From Candidatus Woesebacteria bacterium (GTDB lineage: Bacteria; Patescibacteriota; Microgenomatia; UBA8517), in NCBI GenBank assembly GCA_963716475.1, contig OY970314.1, forward strand, positions 10,479 to 74,478: 64,000 nucleotides of DNA. Reading direction: 5' to 3'. The position numbers and the translations under genes are program-made. Below the pieces are notes generated by a model. It was not told where the DNA came from. It did not search any database and saw only the letters and a program-made list of their open reading frames with translations. Positions 29,906 to 40,848 of this stretch are shown here, piece by piece. Numbering within the stretch: the stretch's first letter is position 1; each line of letters opens with the position of its first letter.

Positions 29906-32900
29906 TTAATTTAAATTAAACCCCTTGAGATTTAAGCCATGGGCTGAAAAAGTTCCGCTTGAGACAGTTGTAAAGGAATAAGGACTTGCTTGCGTGCCGC
30001 TCCAACTATTGCTTCCGGGGGTGGGGTCAAAAGCATAGCTTTCCCAGTAGTAAGTTTTGTTGTTTTGAAGCGTATCGGCCGACTGGATTGTATAGATGGC
30101 TTGAGTACCACTGGCATAAGCTAACCCGCCGTTAGCGTCCTGCCCGATCCATCCGGTCTGGTCGCCCGTTTCATCAAAAGTTTTGCAATTGGCCGACATC
30201 CCTGAATTTTCACAAAGGGTAATCTTGTATTCAAGATAGTCACTGTTCGGGTCGGTGGCCGTAGTTTTCAACATTGGCCTTATTGATTGATTGGTTGCAG
30301 TATCAGTAGGTGAGTTAAGAGACGGTGTATTGGGAGCACTATTTGAGCTGGGGAGAACCTTACCCCATTGAACGTTTGATCCGTCATACCACTCGGCGAA
30401 AATATAGCCCGCTCCGGAGTAGTTGGCGGTAACATCCGTATTGGTTCCTGTTGTTTTCCAGTCAGTCGCCGAGGCATCCCAATCGCCTGAAGCATAGGGT
30501 GAAACAGCCTTTTTGTAATAAATGTGATTGCCTCTTATCCAGAAAGCGTATATGTCGCCGGTAGATGTATTCAAAGAGATGGTGGGATAGGCATTACCGC
30601 TATTACTGTCCAAGGTTACGGCTGTTTGCCAGCTGCTGGTGCGTTTCTGGTAGACCGCGTGCCCGTTTTGGTCAATATAGACCATGTGGGTATTTCCGGA
30701 AGAATCGGCAACTACCGAAATCGAATTTGAAATACCGGAGCTTCCTGTGGCAATTAAGGGTGAGGCATAATCCCAACCGCTATAATCAACATGCAACAGT
30801 GCTGCCGAAGCGCTGGCGCCGGAATAGTCCCACGTAGAATTGTAGTTAGTGCCGCCCGAAGCATTATCCCTCAGCTCGACAATCACATTGTCATTACTGA
30901 TGGTGAAGTTATTGACCAACTCCTGAAATATAGCGTTAAGACTGGCTGAGGTGGTTGCTGCGTTCGCGGACCAGTTGGAGGCGTTCCAGGAGACATTGGC
31001 AGAAGTCAGGGCCAAGCCGTCCATTAGCGCATGGGATGTCGGGGCGGAAGGGTTATCAGCTTTGACTCCATAAACACTTATCTTGGGGGAACCGGTTGAG
31101 GCATCGTGGGCGATGAACTTAATATACGAGTTGGTAATCGTTCCGGACATCGTCGCGTTGTTAAAACAGTAAAATGAGTTATAAACTAAAGCGCTGTAGG
31201 AACCGGCTACGTCATTTGGATCGGTAGTTGAAAATCCACTAGTGCTCCATTCCGTTCCTTCGTCGGCGGTTTTTGAGATGCTTTTACTTACCGTCCCGTC
31301 ACTGCCCGAATATAGTTTACCTTCAATTGTCGTGCCCCGCACCCACATGGCATACATTTGTCCGGTAGTCAGGGGTACGATGTTGCCGTAGATATTAGAA
31401 TTGGCGTTAGTTATGTCGGAAATAGAATATACACTATCAGATGTATCTACGGGAAGGGTGTTGGTTGTGGCATCTTTAATAGTCTTTATATAATAGATGC
31501 TGCTTCCCGTATATCTTGCCAACACCCAAACCTGGCTGGAACTGTCTCTGGATATAACGGGATAACTGTAGTCATCTGATGCACCCGTCCCGTTGAACAC
31601 GGTTGTTTCTCCGCTCCAGCCGAATCCTGTCCCCGGATATGAAGTTGCCGCCCTGCCCCTGATATCGTTACTGGTCGTGTAGACAATAAAAAGATATGTT
31701 GTTCCGGTAGTCGAGTCGGTTTCAACTGAAAAATCGTTGGTATTAACGGTAATTCTGGCTGTCGTATTTTCAGTCCAGGAAGTGCCGTTTGATGAATACT
31801 CAAACATGATGCGTGAATTTGCCGTATCGTTAGATGACCGCCAATAAAGAGCATCTGTTGTGTCATACCAGGTCTTGCGTTGGAAGGAATTACTGGTTGG
31901 AGAATCCGATGCCAGCTGCCATTGCTGCGATTCTCTGAAATTACCAACAGTCAGTGGACCGAGCAGAAATATTTGTGGAGTAATGTTGGGCGCCTGGTAA
32001 GTGTATGAAAAAGTTTTTGCTACGCCTGCTTTTAAAACCGTATCCCAGTTCGTTTGTGAATTTATGATTTGGAAACTTTGCGGAACTTCTTCTTTTATGA
32101 TACCGCTCCAGTCCTGATCGGCAGTAATTTTGATTGTCATGGTGTAGCTGGATTTGAAGGGATTTATACGTGTTGCACCGATTCTTTCAACTTTTACAGG
32201 AAGGGTATCTTCTACCTGGAAAGAACTCTCTGTCTCAAATTTATTATCCAGATTTGTCAGCTTCATTCGATAAATTCCTGAAATTGTAGTTTTGTAGTAG
32301 CTATAATAATCGGGCGAGTCTGTTACATTGTCAGCTCCGCAAGATTGCGATTTTGCTATACCGGTGTTTTCGGTTCTTCCCTGAGGATCTGTAATGATAA
32401 TTTGCAACCGGCTGTCGCAAAGAGTGTGACCGCTTGAATCAAGAGAGGCCATCTGAATATAAGCGGTGTCACCGGTTTTATAAACCGATTGGCTGGTATT
32501 TATTACCAGAACTCCCCAGGAAAAATCAGTTACGGGCTGACCGTCAACTGCCAGGTGGTAGGTTCCCGGATGAAGTGCGGCAGTCGGGAGAGGAATTTCA
32601 GTAGTGTCGCCGTTAATTTCCCGGAGTTCAATTTCGCCGGCGGGATCCGTAATTTTTAATGTATGTTTTGGGCTTTGTCCTATAAGCTGTCTGAAAATGC
32701 TTACGAAATCTTGCCCAAGGTTTTTACTTTCCTGTATGCCGATTTTCGGCGTGGTACCGGCAGGATAAATGTTATCTGTCGAAATAGTAAATGATGCGGT
32801 TGGCGTATTAATTGTATTATCTGAAGCCATAACCTGGGTTGCCGAAGCAGTCAGCGTTATTAAAGCCAATACGAAACCCAATAATTTCTTTGACATAAAT

Positions 32901-32923
32901 TTTATTGCACTTGTACAATCCAC
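29906..32923 (-). CDS. Secreted multi-domain surface protein (1005 aa): Ig-like domains, BNR/Asp-box-like beta-propeller region and a conserved C-terminal module
   Basis: Signal peptide 'MSKKLLGFVLALITLTASATQVMA' (the likely true start is ~32896). Asp-box-like 'SSNGTSWTE' and 'ADEGTEWS'. The C-terminal 130 aa are homologous to the C-terminus of the 1799-aa protein. Confidence 0.75.
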   Translation of the reverse strand: MDCTSAIKFMSKKLLGFVLALITLTASATQVMASDNTINTPTASFTISTDNIYPAGTTPKIGIQESKNLGQDFVSIFRQLIGQSPKHTLKITDPAGEIELREINGDTTEIPLPTAALHPGTYHLAVDGQPVTDFSWGVLVINTSQSVYKTGDTAYIQMASLDSSGHTLCDSRLQIIITDPQGRTENTGIAKSQSCGADNVTDSPDYYSYYKTTISGIYRMKLTNLDNKFETESSFQVEDTLPVKVERIGATRINPFKSSYTMTIKITADQDWSGIIKEEVPQSFQIINSQTNWDTVLKAGVAKTFSYTYQAPNITPQIFLLGPLTVGNFRESQQWQLASDSPTSNSFQRKTWYDTTDALYWRSSNDTANSRIMFEYSSNGTSWTENTTARITVNTNDFSVETDSTTGTTYLFIVYTTSNDIRGRAATSYPGTGFGWSGETTVFNGTGASDDYSYPVISRDSSSQVWVLARYTGSSIYYIKTIKDATTNTLPVDTSDSVYSISDITNANSNIYGNIVPLTTGQMYAMWVRGTTIEGKLYSGSDGTVSKSISKTADEGTEWSTSGFSTTDPNDVAGSYSALVYNSFYCFNNATMSGTITNSYIKFIAHDASTGSPKISVYGVKADNPSAPTSHALMDGLALTSANVSWNASNWSANAATTSASLNAIFQELVNNFTISNDNVIVELRDNASGGTNYNSTWDYSGASASAALLHVDYSGWDYASPLIATGSSGISNSISVVADSSGNTHMVYIDQNGHAVYQKRTSSWQTAVTLDSNSGNAYPTISLNTSTGDIYAFWIRGNHIYYKKAVSPYASGDWDASATDWKTTGTNTDVTANYSGAGYIFAEWYDGSNVQWGKVLPSSNSAPNTPSLNSPTDTATNQSIRPMLKTTATDPNSDYLEYKITLCENSGMSANCKTFDETGDQTGWIGQDANGGLAYASGTQAIYTIQSADTLQNNKTYYWESYAFDPTPGSNSWSGTQASPYSFTTVSSGTFSAHGLNLKGFNLN

Positions 32924-35900
32924 CAGTTAAAACTGACGTCTGTATCAATTGAATTGGCAAAACCGACTACAAATTGCCCCGCCTGCTTACTCTTTACATA
33001 TAGTACGTTGTTCTCTGTCGAGGAGGTCGGGGTTACATAAATAAGCGTGTAGTCCGTAACTTTCGGATTTTTAATTGTGATCTCGCTCGTTCCTGCGGGA
33101 ATTACGGCTTGTCCGACTGTCGAATTTGTCGTAATGACACCGTCTATAATAGTACCCGACTCCGTTGCGTCAGACCCCGCAATCACAAGTTGGGGAGTGG
33201 AAACCGAGCCGAACTGGGCATTTCCGCCGGCGTTAACCGAGGCAACTTCCGAACCGGAACTGTTCTGGAGAGAAAGCAGGGCAGAGGCCGTTGCCGATTC
33301 TTGGTTGTCGGTTGCAGACAATGTTAAACCGGAAGATTTAATACGGCCGGCAACATACAAGTCTCCCGCGATATTAACATTTCCGTGAGTATCGATAGTG
33401 ACTAAGCCTGCCATGATTTCAAGAGGCGCCATGGCCAGAGATTGCAGCTTGAGCGGAGCGGAAAGAGTATCAATGCTATTTACTCCCGAGCCGATTACCA
33501 TATCAGGTCCGACCGTCAAGGCGTTTGTTACCGACAGGGAATTAAAGGCGGCTTGATTTGTAACATAAAGATCGGCAACAGCCAGTTCGTCAAGACTTGC
33601 GGAGTTGGTCGCGGTCAGGACATTCCAATTTGCCGCGTCTTTGAGAAGATTTTGGTCTGCCTGAACACTTGTCAAAAGTGCCTGGATGTCATCCAGACTC
33701 TTGGATTTTATTTCATCTGCGAACAAAGTTCCCGAAACGGATGCGTTACCGGCAAAAGCGGCGTTGCCCTGATTATCAATTGATGCCACCGCGCTCCCAC
33801 TGGCATTCTGGACTACAAATTGTCCTGAAGGAGTTGAGGTTGAACCAACCTGTACTGTTACATCAGTGCCGTCGGCAAGAGGGGAGATGAGTTTTGTTTG
33901 GATGTTGCCCGCGACGAGGCCCGACCTGATAAGTAGATTATCGACAGTTCCCTGGAAAGCCGTAAATCCTTGAGCTACCAAGTTTTGGGCAGTTACCGCG
34001 CCCGAGGTAACATTTTCAGCTACGAAATCAGTGGTTGTAACCACTCCCGCTTTAACGTTTGCCGCAACAACATTGGCAAACGCCCCGATTCTATCAATAA
34101 CAGTTCCACCGTTGGTCAATCGGTATGTACTGGCAGAATCAGTTGCATTGGCAACTGCCTGAATATTCACGTCTCCGATTGATGTAAGGTAGACATCCGG
34201 ATCATACCAGGAGACATTGACGAATGTACTGATTTTGTTGGTATCGGTGACTTGGGTGTAGTTTTCAAGTGCTTTACCGACAACCCGGCCGGGACGGGTA
34301 GCTTTCATAGCCACGCCGGGGGTTGAAGAGGAGGTTAGGAAATCGCCGATATGGATAGGACCATTTTCAAGAGAAACAGCAAGTGGTACACGGCCTGCAA
34401 GGGTAACAACAGCAGTTCCGGCACTTGGAGTGGCGCCACCACTGCCAAGGCTACTATAGCCCGATTTAAAAACGATATTCGGATTGGTGCTTACTATTCC
34501 TATGATGTTAGGATCATAGACTTGCTGGCTCTTGACGACAGTCTCATTTCCACTCCCAGTGGTAACAATTTCGCCGGCTGATAGCGATTCAGAAGTTGGA
34601 TATTCCTCGGCGAGATCGAAGGAAGTGTTATTGGTATCATAGCGGATAGTGCCTGCGACACCTGCAGGACAGGCAGTAACGTCTTGAACACAGACACTGC
34701 CCTTAACATGAAGCGTAGCATTTGGAGTAACCGTACCGATACCAACACTGCCGGCGTTATCAATGGCCATTTTAGCAGACCAGGTTGCGGCACTCCTTGT
34801 CCAAAACTGCATCTCCCCGTCCGTATCGCTGCCATAGCGTACCGCATAAACACCGCCAATGTAATTCGGGCCGGCAGTGTTATCCTGTATTGATAATGTG
34901 ATGCCGGTACCATGAGAATCTGCCATGTCCCCGGTGGTCTTTCCAACTATATCCAACGCGGCAGCAGCAGCAGCTGTGGTGGTAACAGTCCTTGTAAATC
35001 TGCCTGCATAAGTTCCACTGGTGGTGGCAGTTGCCTCGAGCGGAAAACTGGGCGTTGAATTCCCAAGGCCGAGGTTGCCGGCAAAGGAGTTTTTTTCAGT
35101 CCCTGACTGATAGATACCGAAGTTATTTGTAATTGTGCCGACGGTGACACTAGCAGGCAAATAGATAGCGTAGCCATTAGTTATGGTTCCCGTGGCGTTA
35201 TTGTTGGCTACTGCGACTTCAAGAGCATACATACTTGTTACGGCACCCGTTCCTTGTTTTATGGGGCTAAAAACCCCTCCAAGTATGGTGCCGATAGTCC
35301 CACTGGATTGGTTAGTCGGACTAAAGTAACCACCATAAAGAGTGGTAATCGTTCCCGTAGTTGTGTTTTGTGGGGCTACATCCAATCCAACCAGTGCAGC
35401 AAGTGTATTTCCCGTAGTAGCTGAGAAATCGGGTGTAATTAACTCTCCGTAATAAGTGCCTGTATTCGCGGTTGTTTGGGAGCCGTGTATGTAAGTATTC
35501 CAATAGTCAGAACCCGTACTGGCAGAGGTTCCGAGAACGTCAAACATGGCAGCGGGGGCTTCAGCAATACCGACCCCGCCGGTATCGCCATTGATTGTCA
35601 TTAAAGTTGAGAACGTCCCCGTTCCCGTTTGCTGCATGAATTGGTAACCCTGAATTCCCGCATTTGAGTTAGCACGGCGGCTGATGAGATCAAATTCTCC
35701 TTGGCCATTGGTCATGTTAAAAGTCAGTGCTCCTCCGAATCCGGTGGCAAGGGTCGAAAGATCGGCGGCTTGTTCATTATCATTAAAATCAAGTGCAAGA
35801 TAACCGTTATTCGAATTGCTGGAGTTAATATCGAAAGTTGCGTCAGGAGTTGTTGTCCCGATACCAACGATACCAGTAGCGGTAATGTTTAATAAAGAGC

Positions 35901-38900
35901 TCCCTGAAGATGATGCAACATTAAAAGGTGAAATTCCCGCCGTACCCGATACATCCAATTTACTCGTTGCGTTCATATTTCCAACTCCGACTCGGCCGCC
36001 AAAGTAGTTATGTTCACCGGTACCTGCCTGGTATAGACCGTAGTCGTTTGTAATCACGCCGGTTGTAGTACTGTCTTGGATTAGGAGACCATAACCGTAG
36101 TCTACTGTTGCCGAAGCGTTAGTGTTAATCACTCCGGCACGGACTCCAACCAGACTGCTTACTCCACCGGTTCCCTGGTCCATGGCGAGAAAAGAACCTG
36201 CTTCCAGATTAGTAACTGTTCCGCTTGATGTATTGGTTGGACTTGCCTTTACCCCGTAAAGACCGGAGATTGCACCAGTACTTGCATTGTACGGATCAGC
36301 TTCTAATCCGGCAAGTTGGGTAAGCGTATTCCCAGAGGCGGCAGAATAATCTGGGGTCATATATATTCCAATATAAGAGCCCGAATTAGCTGTTGTTTGG
36401 GCACCTAATATATGAATACCGAAATAATTACTACTGGCAAGGATTGAATCATGACTAATCGTAAGATAACCATCAGGTCCTGTCGTCCCAAGGCCGAGGT
36501 TGCCGGTTCCCAGATTAAACCAGGCATTTTGGTTATTGATTCCCGGTACATGGAAGTAAGCCGAGGCAGAGGCAGTATTGCCTACATTGAGTGCATATAA
36601 ATTGTTGGCGGGGGAAAGCGAGACACTGCCGGTTAATTGCCAGTAGTTTGTCATCCCTGCAGGACAGTGGTTACCAGCTGAATCACAGACTTGATTTGCC
36701 CCTTGGAAAAGTGCCTGTCCGTATATATTCCTGAACTCCAGGGATGAAGAAGTACCAATGTCAGAAGCATCGGTTGCACCGGGAATAACATTTCCTGCAT
36801 TTGTGATGACAAATTTCTTTGCCCCTGAAACAGAGGCTGAGAAAATATCTCCGCCTTTAGTCTGATCGACCATCAGGGCAGCCAGTCCGGGATTTCCTGC
36901 TGCCGGGTTTTGAATCAGCCAGCTGCCGTTTGTAAGAAGATTATAAGATCCGGCTGCGGTTGGGCTTGATGGGAAACTGATTGTCGTGGTTCCGTTGCTG
37001 CTTGTTATGATTCTGCTGTCAAGGAATAAAGTTCCATCCAGTTCCAATCCGCCTCCAATCAGAACATCCGAGGAAGCCGAAAGGCTATGGCCGGTAGTTG
37101 CTGACCCGCTAAATCTGGAATAAGCAACATTGGCAAGGTTACCAACTTGGAGTGAGCCTGTTGTCGATCGAATATCACCGGCTACGTCTAAGACTTCCGA
37201 AGGAGCTGTTGTCCCAATGCCGACACTGCCGGTTCCCAGATTAAACCAGGCATTATTGTTGGTAATTCCGGGTACATGGAAGGTGGTTGAGGCTGAGGTG
37301 CTGGCAGTATTTCCTACATTAAGTGCATATAAATTGTTTGCGGGGGAAAGGGAGACACCGCCGGTAAGTTGCCAGTAGTTAGTTCCACCTGCAGGACAGT
37401 TGTCACCGTTACTGTCACAGACCGCATAGTGTGATGCTCCCTCGTAGAAGGTGGTGGCATATACATTTCTCCAGCCGACGGTGGAAGTTCCCAGATCGCT
37501 TACATTATTGGTATTGGGTGCAACATATCCACCGGCTATGTGATTGCTGGGATCAAGTGTTATGTTACCTGTTGAGTTTCCACCGATTACCAATGGATTA
37601 AAGACAGTTGTCTGGATTGTTCCTGTTCCCGCCCTAAAGGCCAGAGTTCCGGAAACTGAAGCATTACCGGCAACGTCAAGCGTTACAATTGGCGTAGTTG
37701 TTCCAATACCGACGTTACCTGTGCCCAGGTTAAACCAGGCGTTTTGGTTATTGATTCCCGGTGCATGGAAGAAAGCCGAGGTGCTGGCAGTGTTACCCAC
37801 ATTAAGTGCATATAAATTGTTGGCGGGGGATAGCGAAACACCGCCGGTTAATTGCCAGTAGTTAGTAATTCCTGCAGGACAACCTGTACCGGTACTGTCA
37901 CAGACAGTGTTTCCTGCCTGGTAAAAGCTGGTTGCATATATATTCCTCCAGCGTAGGGCATTAGTTCCAAGATCGCTTACATTATTGGTATTGGCTGCCA
38001 CATATCCACCGGCTATGTGATTGCTCGGATCAAGGGTTATGTTACCTGTTGAGTTTCCACCGATTACCAATGGATTAAAGACAGTTGTCTGGATGGTTCC
38101 TGTTCCTGCCCTAAAGGCCAGGGTTCCTGAGACAGAGGCATTACCGGCAACATCAAGGGGAGCAGTGGGAGTAGATGTCCCTATTCCGACATTGCCTGCA
38201 AAGTAGTTATTTGAAGCTGTCTGGGAGTAGATTCCGTAGCTCCAGCCAGTCCCTATGTTAACTGCATACCCGGTTCCTGCCCCTGCTGTTATGCCGTCAA
38301 TCTTAATGGCATTCTCGGAAACACCGGATGTCGGAGTAAATCCTACCATTCTATATCCGTTCCAGGTACTACCGCTGCCTACGGTGTTGGAGGTTAAATC
38401 GATTCTTTCGGCACTGGCTTCAATTGCACCCGACCCGGCCACGTAGCTGATTTGTATACCACTTACGCCTGCGGATGTAACCCCGTAACCGGTATTGGCA
38501 ATATTGACCATATCGGCAGTCGGAACGGCTGAGGTTGCGACTTTGATCTGTCCCGTTACATCGGAAACGGTAAGGCCGGCTGCCCAGGTGTTGGATCCTG
38601 ATTTATATGCCAGGGTAAGTGGACCGTATTGGGATCTGATGGCATCTCCGTATCCTACCGTCAGAGTACCGCTCATTGAGGCATCTCCTGTTGCCGCAAA
38701 TACCTGGAACCTGGCAGAAGCAGTTGAGTTTCCTCCTACTGCCAGATCATAATCCGATGAATTCGCGGGAGCTAAAACATGACTGGCAAGTTGCCAGTAG
38801 TTTGTCATTCCGGCAGGACAACCTGTACCGGTACTGTCACAGACAGTGTTTCCTGCCTGGTAAAAGCTGGTTGCATATATATTCCTCCAGCGTAGGGCAT

Positions 38901-40848
38901 TAGTTCCAAGATCGCTTACATTATTGGTATTGGCTGCCACATATCCGCCGGCTATGTGATTGCTCGGATCAAGTGTGATATTACCTGTTGAGTTTCCACC
39001 GATTACCAATGGATTAAAGACAGTTGTCTGGATTGTTCCTGTTCCTGCCCTAAAGGCCAGAGTTCCTGAGAGGGAAGCGGTTCCTGCTATATCTAGGACC
39101 GCTGTTGGAGTAGTTGTCTCAATCCCAATGTTGCTTGCAAAGTAAGCTCCACCCGCACTAGTGATATAAGATACTGCATTAGTGGTATTTGAAGCACGAT
39201 CATAAAGTGTGAATGGGTAAGTGAACGACGGGTCGTGTGTTTGGTCGTTATTAAGCCCCAGCGCGATACTTCCGGTCTGGTTAATCCCAACACCGACTGC
39301 GGTTGCAGCCCTATTTCCAAACCGGACGAATCCTGAAGAGTTGTGTGGAGCGATTGTCAAATCACCATATGTATTATCTGCGTTAATGATATTATATCCG
39401 TTGGTATTTATCTGTAATCCGTTTCCGCCAGTCGAAATCTGAGATACATCTTGGTTTGCATTGCCCGTGTCAGGATTCCAACCAAAGTTAATATTATTGG
39501 TAAGAGCACCCTTATCTAATATGTTCATACCAATTTCGGAGTTGTTATTACTTAGAGAATCCATATCAGCGTAAATTTGGGCTGCTTCGGTTGCTGCCGG
39601 ATAAGCATCTGTTCTTTGTATTACAAAACCTAATGCCGGGCCAAATCCATTAGAGGGACCAGTATCCGAAACAGCTAACGTTGTAATTTCAGTAGGTGTG
39701 GTGCTGTGAACGGCATATTTTACAGACAAAGGTGTAGATGGTGCCGTTGTCCCAATGCCGAGGTTACCGGTTCCCAGGTTAAACCAGGCATTTTGGTTAT
39801 TGATTCCCGGTACATGGAAGTAAGCCGAGGTGCTGGCGGTGTTACCTACATTAAGTGCATATAAATTGTTAGCGGGGGAAAGAGAGACACCGCCTGTTAG
39901 TTGCCAGTAGTTGGTCATTCCGGCAGGACAGTGGTTACCACCGCTGTCACAGACTTGGTAGGCTCCCTGGAACACCGCAGTTGCTGACACGCTGGCAATG
40001 TTGTAGAGACTGTCTCCTGCAAACGAAATAAAATTACTTGCAGCATCAATTGTTATATCTCCCGCCGTATTGGAGAGAGTTGATGTTGCGCCCAGGAGTT
40101 TCAGAGTGCCGTCGTTTGCCAAAACCATCCTTGTTGTTCCCGATGCTGATGCAGTAAGTATATCTTGTGATTCATACTGATCTACCAGGAATGCCGCTTT
40201 CCCGGTCGCGTTGGCTGAGGGTGCAACGACAGAGAGTTTTGAAAATGGAGAGGATGTCCCTATACCTATGTTCCCGAAGCCGTTGGGATTAAGGAGAACA
40301 TTTCCGGTTGTGTTGTAGGTTGAGGAGTTACCGATGGTTATGCTGTTGCGGAGAGTACTTGAAATATTACCGTTTCCGTCAATGAAGGTGGCAACACCGG
40401 CTGTTGAACCGGAGATACTTGCTGTCGGAGTATTTTTCAGAACGTTAATGAATGCAAACTTGGCACTGGCTGTGGCACTGTTCCCGATTAAAAGATCCAT
40501 AGTGGTATTACCCGGATATATGGTTCCGAGGCCAAGGGCCCAGTAGTTAACTCCGGTAGCAGGACAGTTGTCTCCGTTACTGTTACAGACCGCATAGTGT
40601 GATGCTCCCTCGTAGAAGGTGGTGGCATATACATTTCTCCAAAGTAGAGAGGAAGTTCCAAGATCAGATACGTTAGTAGTATTGGCTGCCACATATCCAC
40701 CGGCTATGTGATTGCTCGGATCAAGTGTAATGTTACCTGTTGAGTTTCCACCGATTACCAATGGATTAAAGACAGTTGTCTGGATGGTTCCTGTTCCTGC
40801 CCTAAAGGCCAGGGTTCCGGAGACAGAGGCCATTACCGGCAACATCAA
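32902..40848 (-). CDS. Giant repetitive surface protein, 2648-aa ORF; probably the C-terminal continuation of the 40802..49882 ORF
   Basis: It has no signal peptide or TM of its own and begins mid-repeat ('..ASVSGTLAFRAGTGTIQTTVFNPL..'). It is built from ~250-aa modules containing 'NYWQL..', 'GNVGIGTTTP..LDVAGNASVSG' (phage tail-fibre-repeat-like). The C-terminal region 'FADEIKSKSLDDIQALL..' has a distinct tail. Confidence 0.75.
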   Translation of the reverse strand: MMLPVMASVSGTLAFRAGTGTIQTTVFNPLVIGGNSTGNITLDPSNHIAGGYVAANTTNVSDLGTSSLLWRNVYATTFYEGASHYAVCNSNGDNCPATGVNYWALGLGTIYPGNTTMDLLIGNSATASAKFAFINVLKNTPTASISGSTAGVATFIDGNGNISSTLRNSITIGNSSTYNTTGNVLLNPNGFGNIGIGTSSPFSKLSVVAPSANATGKAAFLVDQYESQDILTASASGTTRMVLANDGTLKLLGATSTLSNTAGDITIDAASNFISFAGDSLYNIASVSATAVFQGAYQVCDSGGNHCPAGMTNYWQLTGGVSLSPANNLYALNVGNTASTSAYFHVPGINNQNAWFNLGTGNLGIGTTAPSTPLSVKYAVHSTTPTEITTLAVSDTGPSNGFGPALGFVIQRTDAYPAATEAAQIYADMDSLSNNNSEIGMNILDKGALTNNINFGWNPDTGNANQDVSQISTGGNGLQINTNGYNIINADNTYGDLTIAPHNSSGFVRFGNRAATAVGVGINQTGSIALGLNNDQTHDPSFTYPFTLYDRASNTTNAVSYITSAGGAYFASNIGIETTTPTAVLDIAGTASLSGTLAFRAGTGTIQTTVFNPLVIGGNSTGNITLDPSNHIAGGYVAANTNNVSDLGTNALRWRNIYATSFYQAGNTVCDSTGTGCPAGMTNYWQLASHVLAPANSSDYDLAVGGNSTASARFQVFAATGDASMSGTLTVGYGDAIRSQYGPLTLAYKSGSNTWAAGLTVSDVTGQIKVATSAVPTADMVNIANTGYGVTSAGVSGIQISYVAGSGAIEASAERIDLTSNTVGSGSTWNGYRMVGFTPTSGVSENAIKIDGITAGAGTGYAVNIGTGWSYGIYSQTASNNYFAGNVGIGTSTPTAPLDVAGNASVSGTLAFRAGTGTIQTTVFNPLVIGGNSTGNITLDPSNHIAGGYVAANTNNVSDLGTNALRWRNIYATSFYQAGNTVCDSTGTGCPAGITNYWQLTGGVSLSPANNLYALNVGNTASTSAFFHAPGINNQNAWFNLGTGNVGIGTTTPIVTLDVAGNASVSGTLAFRAGTGTIQTTVFNPLVIGGNSTGNITLDPSNHIAGGYVAPNTNNVSDLGTSTVGWRNVYATTFYEGASHYAVCDSNGDNCPAGGTNYWQLTGGVSLSPANNLYALNVGNTASTSASTTFHVPGITNNNAWFNLGTGSVGIGTTAPSEVLDVAGDIRSTTGSLQVGNLANVAYSRFSGSATTGHSLSASSDVLIGGGLELDGTLFLDSRIITSSNGTTTISFPSSPTAAGSYNLLTNGSWLIQNPAAGNPGLAALMVDQTKGGDIFSASVSGAKKFVITNAGNVIPGATDASDIGTSSSLEFRNIYGQALFQGANQVCDSAGNHCPAGMTNYWQLTGSVSLSPANNLYALNVGNTASASAYFHVPGINNQNAWFNLGTGNLGLGTTGPDGYLTISHDSILASSNYFGIHILGAQTTANSGSYIGIYMTPDYSAASGNTLTQLAGLEADPYNASTGAISGLYGVKASPTNTSSGTVTNLEAGSFLAMDQGTGGVSSLVGVRAGVINTNASATVDYGYGLLIQDSTTTGVITNDYGLYQAGTGEHNYFGGRVGVGNMNATSKLDVSGTAGISPFNVASSSGSSLLNITATGIVGIGTTTPDATFDINSSNSNNGYLALDFNDNEQAADLSTLATGFGGALTFNMTNGQGEFDLISRRANSNAGIQGYQFMQQTGTGTFSTLMTINGDTGGVGIAEAPAAMFDVLGTSASTGSDYWNTYIHGSQTTANTGTYYGELITPDFSATTGNTLAALVGLDVAPQNTTTGTITTLYGGYFSPTNQSSGTIGTILGGVFSPIKQGTGAVTSMYALEVAVANNNATGTITNGYAIYLPASVTVGTITNNFGIYQSGTEKNSFAGNLGLGNSTPSFPLEATATTSGTYAGRFTRTVTTTAAAAAALDIVGKTTGDMADSHGTGITLSIQDNTAGPNYIGGVYAVRYGSDTDGEMQFWTRSAATWSAKMAIDNAGSVGIGTVTPNATLHVKGSVCVQDVTACPAGVAGTIRYDTNNTSFDLAEEYPTSESLSAGEIVTTGSGNETVVKSQQVYDPNIIGIVSTNPNIVFKSGYSSLGSGGATPSAGTAVVTLAGRVPLAVSLENGPIHIGDFLTSSSTPGVAMKATRPGRVVGKALENYTQVTDTNKISTFVNVSWYDPDVYLTSIGDVNIQAVANATDSASTYRLTNGGTVIDRIGAFANVVAANVKAGVVTTTDFVAENVTSGAVTAQNLVAQGFTAFQGTVDNLLIRSGLVAGNIQTKLISPLADGTDVTVQVGSTSTPSGQFVVQNASGSAVASIDNQGNAAFAGNASVSGTLFADEIKSKSLDDIQALLTSVQADQNLLKDAANWNVLTATNSASLDELAVADLYVTNQAAFNSLSVTNALTVGPDMVIGSGVNSIDTLSAPLKLQSLAMAPLEIMAGLVTIDTHGNVNIAGDLYVAGRIKSSGLTLSATDNQESATASALLSLQNSSGSEVASVNAGGNAQFGSVSTPQLVIAGSDATESGTIIDGVITTNSTVGQAVIPAGTSEITIKNPKVTDYTLIYVTPTSSTENNVLYVKSKQAGQFVVGFANSIDTDVSFNWWIVQVQ
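37960..38765. repeat. ~0.8-kb near-identical intragenic repeat, copy 1 (coordinates approximate)
   Basis: Identical antisense ORF peptides at 38255..38446 = 40947..41138 = 43845..44036 and 38495..38752 = 41187..41444. Visual alignment of 38041-38200 with 40741-40900 shows identity. Confidence 0.7.
40113..40551. repeat. ~0.44-kb block repeated ~8 kb upstream at ~48088-48526
   Basis: The antisense ORF at 40334..40546 is identical to 48309..48521. The corresponding ~150 aa ('NYWALGLGTIYPGNTTMDLLIGNSATASAKF...DQYESQDILTASASG') are identical in both giant ORFs. Confidence 0.7.
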
